NCBI GenBank assembly: GCA_013151115.1
Contig: JAADIW010000065.1
Coordinates: 1 to 39,865 of the forward strand
From: Caldisericota bacterium
Lineage (GTDB): Bacteria > Bipolaricaulota > Bipolaricaulia > Bipolaricaulales > Bipolaricaulaceae
Direction: 5' to 3'
DNA: 39,865 nucleotides
Shown piece by piece: positions 25,453 through 33,518 of this stretch. Position numbers and translations under genes: made by a program. The notes under the pieces are model-generated. The model was not told where the DNA came from. It did not search any database and worked only from the letters and a program-made list of their open reading frames with translations. How positions within the stretch are numbered: position 1 is the first letter of the stretch; each line of letters begins with the position of its first letter.

Positions 25453-26316
25453 GTGAATATGAAGAAAATCCTCATGTTGGCCCTGCTGGGGGCGAGCCTG
25501 GGGGTCGCGGCCTTCGCCCAGAAGGCCGAGGGGCCCGCCGGGGCCGCCCTCCCACCGGCCGAGGAAGAGATCACCGTCATGGAATCCGCCTTCGGCGAGG
25601 TGGTCGAATTCTTCTCCGCGTTCATCACGGAGATCAAGGGCGCCATCGCGTCGCTGAACGCCGAGGACGACGAGCTCAACGCCAAGTACCAGGCCCTCGC
25701 GGTCCAGCTGAAGGACCTGGAGGCCAAGATCATCCAGCTCAAGATGGTCTGCGACCAGGTTCCGGGGCTCTCCGACCGGGTCTCCTCACTGGAGGAGACG
25801 GTGAAGAGCCTCGCCGACGCCATCTCCACCAATTCCGTCCGCATCGAGGAGCTCCGCCAGAAGCTCGGGTCCCTGGAGGATTCCCTCACCGCGATGATCG
25901 AGGAACTCAGGGCAAAACAGGACCAGATCGCCGCCCAGGTGGCGGATCACGAGGCGCGCATCAAGCGCTTGGAGGACCAGGATCTGGGACGCCTGCAGCG
26001 GCGGGTGCTGGCCCTCGAGCAGGCGGTGCAGGCCCTGCAGGCCAAGATCGAGAACAACCGCACCAAGATCGAGGGCTTCGAGGCCTCGCTGGCCGACCTC
26101 GCGGGGAGGATCTCCTCGCTGGAGGGCGGGTTGGGCGACGTGAGCGCCCGGATGGACGCGCTCGAGTCGTCGTTCGCGACGTTCCAAAGCGACACCGACG
26201 CCAAGCTTCAGGAGCTCCAGGGGGCCCTGGGCGGGGCCCAGGGGATGGCCATCCTCGCCCTGCTCGTGGCACTTGGCTCGCTGGCCCTCTACTTCCTCGG
26301 CGGCACCGGCGGTTGA
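25453..26316 (+). CDS. signal peptide + ~200-aa coiled coil + C-terminal transmembrane anchor protein (function unknown)
   Basis: MKKILMLALLGASLGVAAFA signal peptide. A long Leu/Glu/Ala/Gln-rich heptad-like region with recurring L..R(V/I)S.LE units. C-terminal MAILALLVALGSLALYFLGG helix 5 residues from the end. AGGAGG RBS; the start is GTG 25453 or ATG 25459. Confidence 0.8.
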   Translation: MNMKKILMLALLGASLGVAAFAQKAEGPAGAALPPAEEEITVMESAFGEVVEFFSAFITEIKGAIASLNAEDDELNAKYQALAVQLKDLEAKIIQLKMVCDQVPGLSDRVSSLEETVKSLADAISTNSVRIEELRQKLGSLEDSLTAMIEELRAKQDQIAAQVADHEARIKRLEDQDLGRLQRRVLALEQAVQALQAKIENNRTKIEGFEASLADLAGRISSLEGGLGDVSARMDALESSFATFQSDTDAKLQELQGALGGAQGMAILALLVALGSLALYFLGGTGG

Positions 26317-26324
26317 CCATCGGC

Positions 26325-26361
26325 GGGGGAGGGGGAACGCCGTTTTCCCTCCCCCTTTTTG
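26325..26361 (+). terminator. intrinsic terminator
   Basis: GGGGGAGGGGGAAC-GCC-GTTTTCCCTCCCCC (with G-U pairs) followed by TTTTTG, 9 nt after the coiled-coil gene stop. Confidence 0.75.
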
Positions 26362-26387
26362 CTGTCCCGGGACACAAGCGTTATAGT
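26359..26387 (+). promoter_or_regulatory. sigma70-like promoter (TTGCTG-N17-TATAGT) for smc-scpA-scpB
   Basis: TTGCTG 26359..26364, 17 nt spacer, TATAGT 26382..26387. The -35 box overlaps the terminator T-tract. Confidence 0.5.
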
Positions 26388-26520
26388 CATCACGCAGACT
26401 TCGGAGGCCGAGGATGAAACGTCCTAAACCGCTCTCGCGTGCCCGAAAAGGTTCACACCCCGCGGCCGCCCCCGGCGGTGGGGCGGGGCAGGGGGGCCGG
26501 TGCGCCCCGATCGAGGAGAG

Positions 26521-29010
26521 ATGAGGACCTATATCAAACGCCTCACCATCCAGGGATTCAAGTCCTTCGGCCGCAGGACCACGATCCCCTTCTACCCCGG
26601 TTTCACCGCCATCGTGGGCGAGAACGGGACCGGGAAGTCCAACATCCTGGACGCCATCACCTTCGTGATGGGGTACCGGTCCCGGGCCCTGCGGGCCGGG
26701 AGGATCGAACACCTCCTCTACACTAGCCCCAAGGGGGCCACGGTCCCGGAGGCGGAGGTCTCGCTGGTGCTCGACAACTCCGCCGGGACCTTCGACGAGC
26801 TCCTCCCGGAGCACGCGGACGAGGTAGTGATCTCCCGCCGCATCACCGCCAGCTCCTCCACCTATCGGATCATGGGGAAGGTGGCGGCGGCGGGCGACGT
26901 GGAGCGGCTCCTCTCCCTGGCCGATATCGAGCCGGGGGGCTACTACATCGTGGAGCAGGGGATGGTCACCGAGGTCCTCGAGCGCTCCCCCAAGCGCCGC
27001 CGGGAGCTGATCGAGGAGGTGGCGGGGATCTCCTCCTACGAGGACCGCAAGTCCAAGGCCATCGCCGAGCTCGCCCAGGTGAAGGAACGCCTGAACGCCT
27101 CGCGGATCCTCCTCGCCGAACGCAGACGACATCTGGTGGAGTTACACCGCGAGCGGGAGGCGGCCCTCAAATACCGGGAGCTCGAGGCGGAACGCGATCG
27201 CGTGTTGGCCACCCTCAAGTACCTCCGGTTCCGCGAGCTGAAGGGGGCGGAGGAGAGGTTGAAGGAGGAGCTCGGCCGCCTCCGAGCGGAGGCGGAGCGC
27301 CTCGCCCGCGAGGTGGCGGACCTCGACCGGAGGATCGAGGAGATCGAGTGGGAGCTCAAGGAGAGGGAGGAGGACCGAGGTGAGGACCCCGAGGCCGAGG
27401 TCCTGGGGCTCATCCAACGGGTGGAGCGGCTGCGGGGGGAGCTCGCCGCCAGGGAGGCGGAGACCAGGGCCAAGGAACGCGAGATCCGCTCGCTCACCGA
27501 GGCGCTGGAGGAGCTGAAGCGCCTCTCGCCCCCGCCGCGGCGCCTCCCCGAGGCGGTGCAGGAGATCCTCGCCCTGGGATGGGAGGGGGTGCTGGGGGCC
27601 CTGGGGGACCTCGGGGAAGTGCCCCCGGACCTCGAGGTGGCCCTGGAGGCGGCCCTGGGCGGGCACGCCCACGACCTGGTGGTCACGACCCGCGATGTGG
27701 CGCTCCGTTGCGTCCAATACCTCAAGGAAAACGAGATCGGACGCGCCCGATTCCTCCCGCTGGACAAGCTCCTCCCGCCGCCGATCTCCCGGAAGGCCGA
27801 GGAACTCCTGGGAAGGGAGGGCGTGCTCGGGTTCCTGGTGGACCTCATCTCCTGCCCCGATGAGGTGCGGCCCGCCTTCCGCTACGTCCTCGCCGACACC
27901 CTGGTGGTGGAATCGCTGGAGGTGCTGCGGGACGTGGTGGGGGTACGTGCGGTGAGCCTGGACGGGGACCTCCTCGAGCGCGGCGGGGCGATAAGCGGGG
28001 GGTTCCGCCGGAAGCGCCCCCACCGGGGGCCCGACCTCTCGGGGAGGGCCGCCCAGATCGATCGCGCCAAGGCGGAGCTCGCCCGGCTCCAGGGGGAGGT
28101 GGCCCGGCTGCGCCGGGAGCTCGCCGCGGCCGAGGAGGAGCTCCATCGGGCGACGCTCCGCCAGGCCCAGCGCAAGAAGACCCGTTCCCGCAAGGAGGAC
28201 GAACTCTCCGGGCTCCGGGAGCGCCGCAAGGAGGCCTACCGGGCCTTGGAACGCGCCCGGGGACTGATCGCCCGCCACGAACGGGAGCTGGGCGAGATCC
28301 AGGGGAAGCTCACCGCCCTGGGCGAGGCCCCCGAACCCGAGGACCCGGCCGAGGGCTCCATCGGCGCCCTCCAGGCACGGCTGCGGGAACTGGAGGCACG
28401 GCTCTCCTCCTTCGGCCCCGTCAATATGCGGGCCATCGAGGAATACGAGGCGTACCTGACGGAATTCCAGGCGTTCAAGGAGAGGGTGCTCACCCTGGAA
28501 CGGGAGAAGCGGGAGATAGAGGCCCTGATCGGGGAGATCGAACGCCGCAAGCGGGAGAAGTTCCTCGCCACGCTGGAGGCGGTCTCGGCCGAACTCAACC
28601 GGCGGTTTGTGCAACTCTTCGGGGGCGGGGAGGCCGGGCTCTCCCTGGAGGACCCCGACGACCTGTCCTCGGGGCTGCTCGTACGGGCCCGCCCCCCGGG
28701 GAAGGAGCCCAAGCTCCTGGACGCCCTCTCCGGGGGGGAGAAGACGTTGGTGGCCATCGCCTTCGTCCTCGCCCTCTCCGAGGGGAAACCGGCCCCGTTC
28801 TACCTCTTCGACGAGGTGGACGCGGCGCTGGACAGGCCGAACTCGGAGCGGCTGGCGGGGCTCCTGCGGGAGATCGCCCGGGAGTCTCAGGTGATCGTGA
28901 TCTCCCACAACGAGGAGCTCATCCGCCACGCCGACCGGGTATACGGCGTGACCATGCGGGATGGCTCCTCGCGCGTCCTGGCGCTGGAGTTGGCGGGAAA
29001 TGCGCGTTGA
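26521..29010 (+). CDS. smc: chromosome partition protein Smc (unusually short, 829 aa)
   Basis: MRTYIKRLTIQGFKSF...GENGTGKSN Walker A. Hinge (GVLGALGDLGEV...GRARFLPLDKL), signature LSGGEKTLVAIAF, Walker B FYLFDEVDAALD. ATG 26521 follows GAGGAGAG. Confidence 0.92.
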   Translation: MRTYIKRLTIQGFKSFGRRTTIPFYPGFTAIVGENGTGKSNILDAITFVMGYRSRALRAGRIEHLLYTSPKGATVPEAEVSLVLDNSAGTFDELLPEHADEVVISRRITASSSTYRIMGKVAAAGDVERLLSLADIEPGGYYIVEQGMVTEVLERSPKRRRELIEEVAGISSYEDRKSKAIAELAQVKERLNASRILLAERRRHLVELHREREAALKYRELEAERDRVLATLKYLRFRELKGAEERLKEELGRLRAEAERLAREVADLDRRIEEIEWELKEREEDRGEDPEAEVLGLIQRVERLRGELAAREAETRAKEREIRSLTEALEELKRLSPPPRRLPEAVQEILALGWEGVLGALGDLGEVPPDLEVALEAALGGHAHDLVVTTRDVALRCVQYLKENEIGRARFLPLDKLLPPPISRKAEELLGREGVLGFLVDLISCPDEVRPAFRYVLADTLVVESLEVLRDVVGVRAVSLDGDLLERGGAISGGFRRKRPHRGPDLSGRAAQIDRAKAELARLQGEVARLRRELAAAEEELHRATLRQAQRKKTRSRKEDELSGLRERRKEAYRALERARGLIARHERELGEIQGKLTALGEAPEPEDPAEGSIGALQARLRELEARLSSFGPVNMRAIEEYEAYLTEFQAFKERVLTLEREKREIEALIGEIERRKREKFLATLEAVSAELNRRFVQLFGGGEAGLSLEDPDDLSSGLLVRARPPGKEPKLLDALSGGEKTLVAIAFVLALSEGKPAPFYLFDEVDAALDRPNSERLAGLLREIARESQVIVISHNEELIRHADRVYGVTMRDGSSRVLALELAGNAR

Positions 29011-29728
29011 CATCACCCCGGAGCGGCTAGCACGTGCGGACTGGGACACGGTGCTCCGTGCCCTGACCGCCGATATGGACCCGTGGGACGTCGACTTGGT
29101 GGAGCTCGTGCGCCGGTTCCGGGCCTACCTCGCGGGGCTCCGGGCCCTCGAGCTCGAGGTGCCCGGCCGCATGGTCCTGGTGGGCTCGGTGCTCCTACGG
29201 CTCAAATCCGAGGTGCTCCAGGGGCTGAACGGGAGGAACGGCGCGGGAAACGGGAACGGCCACGGCGAGGGGGAGGCCCTGGTGGCCGCCGCCGAGGAGG
29301 CCGATTACCTCCCCGAGGAGGGGGTGTACATCTCCCCGGAGTTCCGGCTGCCGGTGGTGCGCCGCCCCCGCCGGAAGGTGACGCTGGCGGAGCTGGAGGA
29401 GGCCCTCCGCGCCGCCCTGGCGCAGGAGAAGCGCAAGCGCGGGCCCCGACGCCGCCGGTCCCAGGAGGTCCCGCTCCCCCAGGGCGAACCCTTCAGCGTC
29501 CGGGCACGCCGGCTCTTCAGGAAGCTCCTCTCCCTGGTGAACGGGAAGCGGGACATCCCCTTCGAGGCGCTCCTCTCCCGCCGGGACCCCGCGGAGACGG
29601 TGGCGCGGTTCATGGAGCTCCTGCACCTGGATGCGGAGGGGAAGGTGATCCTCACCCAACGCCGGTTCCTCGGCGAACTCATCGTGAGGGTCCCCGAGCA
29701 TGGGAAGAAACGCAAAGGCCGCCGTTGA
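29000..29728 (+). CDS. scpA: segregation and condensation protein A (kleisin)
   Basis: 242 aa. DPWDVDLVELVRRFRAYL and LLRLKSEVL N-terminal kleisin motifs. ATG 29000 overlaps the smc 3' end by 11 nt. Confidence 0.85.
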   Translation: MRVDITPERLARADWDTVLRALTADMDPWDVDLVELVRRFRAYLAGLRALELEVPGRMVLVGSVLLRLKSEVLQGLNGRNGAGNGNGHGEGEALVAAAEEADYLPEEGVYISPEFRLPVVRRPRRKVTLAELEEALRAALAQEKRKRGPRRRRSQEVPLPQGEPFSVRARRLFRKLLSLVNGKRDIPFEALLSRRDPAETVARFMELLHLDAEGKVILTQRRFLGELIVRVPEHGKKRKGRR

Positions 29729-30194
29729 GGCGGCGCTGTTCGTGGCCACGAAACCCCTCTCCCTGGGGGAGCTCTCCCGGGGCCTACGCCTCCCGGAGGA
29801 CCGGGTCTACGCCGCGCTGGAGGAGATCGCGGCGGAGCTCGAGAAAGAGGGAAAACCCTACAGGCTGGTCAGGAAATCCGGGGGATACGTGCTCGAGCTC
29901 CTGGAGGAGTACGCGGAGCTCGTGCGCCCCTTCGCCCCCGGGGGGGACATCCCCGAGCCGATCCTCCGTACCCTCGCCCTGATCGCCTACCGCGGCCCCA
30001 TAACCCAGGCAGAGGTGGTGCGGATCAGAGGCCAGCGCGCCTACGCCCACATAAAGGACCTCGTGGCCCGCGGCTTCGTGCGCGCCCGGAAGGAGGGCAA
30101 CACCAAGGTCCTCGAGGTGACGGAGGAGTTCCTCGAGTACTTCGGGCTCGAATCCCCCGGGGAATTCCGCGCCCCACACGAGGGCCCGGCGTGA
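29700..30194 (+). CDS. scpB: segregation and condensation protein B
   Basis: 164 aa with two winged-helix repeats (AAVEAALFVATKPLSLGELS; LRTLALIAYRGPITQAEVVRIRG). Overlaps scpA by 29 nt. Confidence 0.88.
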   Translation: MGRNAKAAVEAALFVATKPLSLGELSRGLRLPEDRVYAALEEIAAELEKEGKPYRLVRKSGGYVLELLEEYAELVRPFAPGGDIPEPILRTLALIAYRGPITQAEVVRIRGQRAYAHIKDLVARGFVRARKEGNTKVLEVTEEFLEYFGLESPGEFRAPHEGPA

Positions 30195-30235
30195 GCCGCC
30201 CGCGCCGGACGCGGGAGCCGAGAGCCCCATGGGGA

Positions 30236-30419
30236 TCACTCGCCCCAGCCGATGCGGGCGACGATGTCGGAGAGGGAGAGGAAGCCCACGATCCGGCCCG
30301 GATCCTCCCGGGCCACCACCGGCAGCCGTCCCACCCCGCTCCGCCGGAGCTTCTCCCACACCCGGTCCAGCGGCTCGTCAGGGTAGGCCACGACGGGGTT
30401 TCGCACCGCGATCTCGCCC
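30236..30419 (-). pseudogene. out-of-frame continuation of the ClC gene encoding the second CBS domain
   Basis: Manual translation of the adjacent frame gives GEIAVRNPVVAYPDEPLDRVWEKLRRSGVGRLPVVAREDPGRIVGFLSLSDIVARIGWGE-stop, a textbook CBS domain. It joins the upstream frame if one G/C is removed near 30421..30422. Confidence 0.75.
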
Positions 30420-31994
30420 AGGCCGCTCCGCCCGCCCCAGGGACCGCAGGATCTCCCGGTGGGTCACGATGCCCACCAACCTCCCCGACCGGTCCACCAC
30501 CGGGAAGCTCGGGTGCCCGGTCCTCTCCATCCGCGCCCGTACCTCCGCCACGGCGGCGTCCTCGGGGACGACCTCGACGCTCCGGCGCATGACGTCGGAG
30601 ACGGTGTGTAGCCGCAGCCAATTGATCTCCATCTCCGGGGAGAGCCGTATCCCCCGACGCGAGAGCTTCAGGGTGTAGATCGTCTCCCGGGAGACCGACC
30701 AGGCCACCACGTCGGCCACGACGCAGGCGAACATCAACGGGAGGATGATCTCGTAGTTGCGGGTCATCTCGAACAACATCACGATGGAGCTCAGAGTGGC
30801 GCGGCTCGCCGCGGAGAAGACCGCGGCCATCCCCACCAGGGCGTACGCCGGGTAGGGCGCGGTGATGCCAGGGAGGAGGAGGTTCATCGCCACCCCGAAA
30901 GAGGCACCGAACGCGGCCCCCACGAACAACGACGGCGCGAATACCCCCCCTGACCCCCCTGACCCCAGCGTGATCGCCAGTGCCAGCATCTTGGCCAGCG
31001 AGAGGCCCAAGAAGGCCCCCGCGGCCTCGGGGACGGGGGGAAGCGTCCCGGCCAGGATTCGATCCACCGTCTCGTAGCCCGTCCCGAGGACCTGGGGCAC
31101 GGCCAACGCGATGGCCCCGAGGAGGAGTCCTCCCAGCGCGGCCTTGGCGGGCACCGGGATCCGGACGAGGTCGAAGAGGTCCTCGACCCCGTACAGGAGC
31201 CGGGTCTCGGCCAGACCCACCAGCGCGGCCCCCAGTCCCAGGCCGAGGTAGAGGAGCAGCTCCCAGGGCGACCTCAACGAATAGGGCGGCACCGCGAACG
31301 CGGGCTCCGGACCGAGGAAGGCCCGGGAGATCATGGTGGCGATGGTGGAGGAGATGACCAGGGGAACGAAGGAACGGGTGCGGAGCTCGACCAGGATCAC
31401 CTCCACGCTGAAGATCACCCCGGCCAGGGGGGCGTTGAAGGTCGCGGCGATCCCCCCGGCGGCGCCGCATCCCACGAGCACCTTCAGCTCGCCCGGCGGG
31501 AGCTTCAGGAACTGTCCGATAGCGCTTCCCAGGGCGCTCCCGATCTGGACGATGGGCCCCTCGCGGCCGGCGGATCCCCCGGTGCCGATGCAGATCCCGG
31601 AGGCGAGTATCTTCGCCAACGCCACCCGGGGACGGATCCTCCCCCCCTGAGTGGCCACCGCGGCCATCACCTCGGGGACCCCGTGGCCCCGGGTCTCCGG
31701 GGCCAGATACCGGGTGATGAGCCCCACGAGGAACCCCCCGAGCGCGGGGACCAGCACGGCCCAGGCCCCGAGCCCGTGTTCGGAGGGCGGGAGATAGGCC
31801 CGCGAGAGGGTCCGGTAATACGCGAGGTCGCCCACCCAGAAGATGAACCAGCGGAAGAGGACGGCCCCGAACCCCGCCAGGGCCCCGATGGCCACGGCGA
31901 GGCCGCACAGACGCAGATTGACCCGGAAGATCCGCGCCCAGGAGCCCCTCGTGCCCATCCCGGGGAGTATAAGGAGCCGCGATCCCTTCAACAA
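30378..31994 (-). CDS. ClC-family voltage-gated chloride channel/antiporter, truncated after the first CBS domain by a frameshift
   Basis: GHGVPEVM, GREGPIVQIG and GVFAPSLFVGAAFG selectivity-filter motifs, followed by one CBS domain. The reading frame ends at 30378 in a non-conserved tail (RPGRDRGAKPRRGLP). The start codon is uncertain (TTG 31994 or ATG 31958). Confidence 0.85.
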   Translation of the reverse strand: MLKGSRLLILPGMGTRGSWARIFRVNLRLCGLAVAIGALAGFGAVLFRWFIFWVGDLAYYRTLSRAYLPPSEHGLGAWAVLVPALGGFLVGLITRYLAPETRGHGVPEVMAAVATQGGRIRPRVALAKILASGICIGTGGSAGREGPIVQIGSALGSAIGQFLKLPPGELKVLVGCGAAGGIAATFNAPLAGVIFSVEVILVELRTRSFVPLVISSTIATMISRAFLGPEPAFAVPPYSLRSPWELLLYLGLGLGAALVGLAETRLLYGVEDLFDLVRIPVPAKAALGGLLLGAIALAVPQVLGTGYETVDRILAGTLPPVPEAAGAFLGLSLAKMLALAITLGSGGSGGVFAPSLFVGAAFGASFGVAMNLLLPGITAPYPAYALVGMAAVFSAASRATLSSIVMLFEMTRNYEIILPLMFACVVADVVAWSVSRETIYTLKLSRRGIRLSPEMEINWLRLHTVSDVMRRSVEVVPEDAAVAEVRARMERTGHPSFPVVDRSGRLVGIVTHREILRSLGRAERPGRDRGAKPRRGLP

Positions 31995-32068
31995 AAGGGA
32001 ACCGTTGTCCCGGGGGGCTTCCGTGGTAAGATAAGCGCGAACGCGATATCGAGGGGCGGTGATTCTCC

Positions 32069-33277
32069 ATGCGTTATCTCTGGGTCTTCGTGTTCTCCCT
32101 GGGGGTCATGGCTTCGGCGGCGGAGGTGACCCTGTACCAGGGGGGCTTCGCCTTTGTTGAGGAGCAAAAGGCCCTGGAACCCGTGGGCGAGGGGATCGCC
32201 CTGGTGCCGGGCCTGCCCACGACCATCGTGCTCGGGTCCCTCGCGTGGGAAGGGGTCGAGGCGAGCGAATGGCGCCTCGTGCCTCCGAAACGCGGCCTGG
32301 AGGCCCTGATCGGGGAGGAGGTCCTCGTGAGCTACGCCGGCCGGACCGCGCGCGGCGTGCTCCTCTCCCTCGAGGGCGGGCTCCTCCTCGAGACCCCGGA
32401 GGGGTACCTCCTCATCCCGGAGTACGAGAGCGTGCTCGCCCCGGTGAAGCCGGGCTCGGGTGACCTCCCCGCGCTGGAGCTCGTGCTGGCCGGGCCCGCG
32501 CCCGAGGAGATCACGCTGCGGTACCTGGTTCGGGGGCTCTCCTGGGAGGCGAGCTATATCGGGCTCTACCGCGATGGAAGGCTCGTCCTCCGCGGGATCG
32601 CGACGCTGCGCAACGGATGCGGGGTAGACTTCACCGACGTTTCCCTCGTGGCCGGCGAGGTGTTCGGCCCGCGGGAAGGGGAGAGCTACGGGGCCAAGGG
32701 GATCATGCCCCTCGCCGCCGCGCCGGAGGTGACCCCCGTGGGCGAATACCACCGCTACCGCCTCCCCGGACCGGTGGATCTCCGCCAGGGGGAGACGTCG
32801 GTGGAGTACCTCCCGGACACCGCGGTGGCGGCGGAGGAGGTATTTCGTTTCACCCGCGGCTCGGTCCTCTTCGTCCTCAGGTTCGAGAACACCACCGGGC
32901 TCCCCCTCCCCGCGGGGACGGTGCGGGTCTTCGGCGCGGATGCCTTCCTGGGGGAGGCCGCCATCGGCCATACCCCGGCGGGGGAGGAGGTGGAGCTCCC
33001 CCTGGGCGCGGCGTTCGATCTAGTGGGCGAACGGCTCCAGACCGAGTACGTGCGCCTGGCCGAGGACCGCTACCGCGAGGGCTATAGGATCGTGATCCGG
33101 TCGGCGAAGAAAGAGCCCGTGACCGTGGAGATCATCGAGGAGATGAGGGGTGAGTGGCGGATCACGGATTCTTCCCTCCCCTACGAAATCCTCGATGCCC
33201 ACCGGGTGCTCTTCCGGCTCGCCGTGCCCCCGGAGGGGGAGGCAGAGCTCACTTATACGGTGGAGTACACCTACTGA
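32069..33277 (+). CDS. secreted DUF4139-domain protein (function unknown)
   Basis: 402 aa, signal peptide MRYLWVFVFSLGVMASAA. The LSWEASY...RGIATLRNGCGVDFTDVSL region and all-beta composition resemble the DUF4139 family. The family call rests on recollection of that family, not a search. Confidence 0.65.
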   Translation: MRYLWVFVFSLGVMASAAEVTLYQGGFAFVEEQKALEPVGEGIALVPGLPTTIVLGSLAWEGVEASEWRLVPPKRGLEALIGEEVLVSYAGRTARGVLLSLEGGLLLETPEGYLLIPEYESVLAPVKPGSGDLPALELVLAGPAPEEITLRYLVRGLSWEASYIGLYRDGRLVLRGIATLRNGCGVDFTDVSLVAGEVFGPREGESYGAKGIMPLAAAPEVTPVGEYHRYRLPGPVDLRQGETSVEYLPDTAVAAEEVFRFTRGSVLFVLRFENTTGLPLPAGTVRVFGADAFLGEAAIGHTPAGEEVELPLGAAFDLVGERLQTEYVRLAEDRYREGYRIVIRSAKKEPVTVEIIEEMRGEWRITDSSLPYEILDAHRVLFRLAVPPEGEAELTYTVEYTY

Positions 33278-33302
33278 GGACACCGAAAGGCGAGGGCTGG
33301 AC

Positions 33303-33509
33303 GTGGACGAGGAAAGAACCCTGGCCCTGAGGGCCAGTTACAAGAAGGCCATAGAACAGGCGTTGGAGCGGGTGCCGGTGCGGAACGGCGTCGCCCGGGT
33401 GCACGATCTGTGGCTCGAGACGGCGATCCCGAAAGACCTTATCATTGAGCTCCTGAAGGAAAACGAGATCAGGTTTCCCCCTCACGTGAAGAGGGTGGAG
33501 CTCCGTTAG
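33303..33509 (+). CDS. small hypothetical protein (68 aa)
   Basis: In-frame GTG 33303 preceded by AAAGGCGAGGG. Fills the gap between the DUF4139 gene and the phosphohexomutase gene. Composition is protein-like, with no recognisable family. Confidence 0.4.
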   Translation: MDEERTLALRASYKKAIEQALERVPVRNGVARVHDLWLETAIPKDLIIELLKENEIRFPPHVKRVELR

Positions 33510-33518
33510 GAGGGACCC

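Noticed and set aside
27142-29049. 635-aa minus-strand ORF, and similar ORFs at 17582..19240, 33249..35069, 1498..3729, 19671..22187, 19693..21312, 14146..15723, 16123..17271 and 8841..10040
   Set aside because: All are antisense or out-of-frame shadows of well-supported genes (smc, the beta-helix protein, the phosphohexomutase, polyamine genes, the HD-GYP protein, the aminotransferase, serS and the permease). They have low-complexity Arg/Pro/Gly-rich translations.
29784-30359. 191-aa minus-strand ORF that might have been the missing ClC C-terminus
   Set aside because: It is antisense to scpB and does not encode a CBS domain. The real CBS2 coding frame is a third frame ending at 30236, and it is too short after its first start codon to appear in the ORF track.
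30025-32070. 681-aa minus-strand ORF spanning the ClC locus
   Set aside because: It is a different frame from the one carrying the ClC selectivity-filter motifs, and its translation is Gly/Arg/Pro-rich with no hydrophobic helices. It is also not the frame that encodes the second CBS domain.
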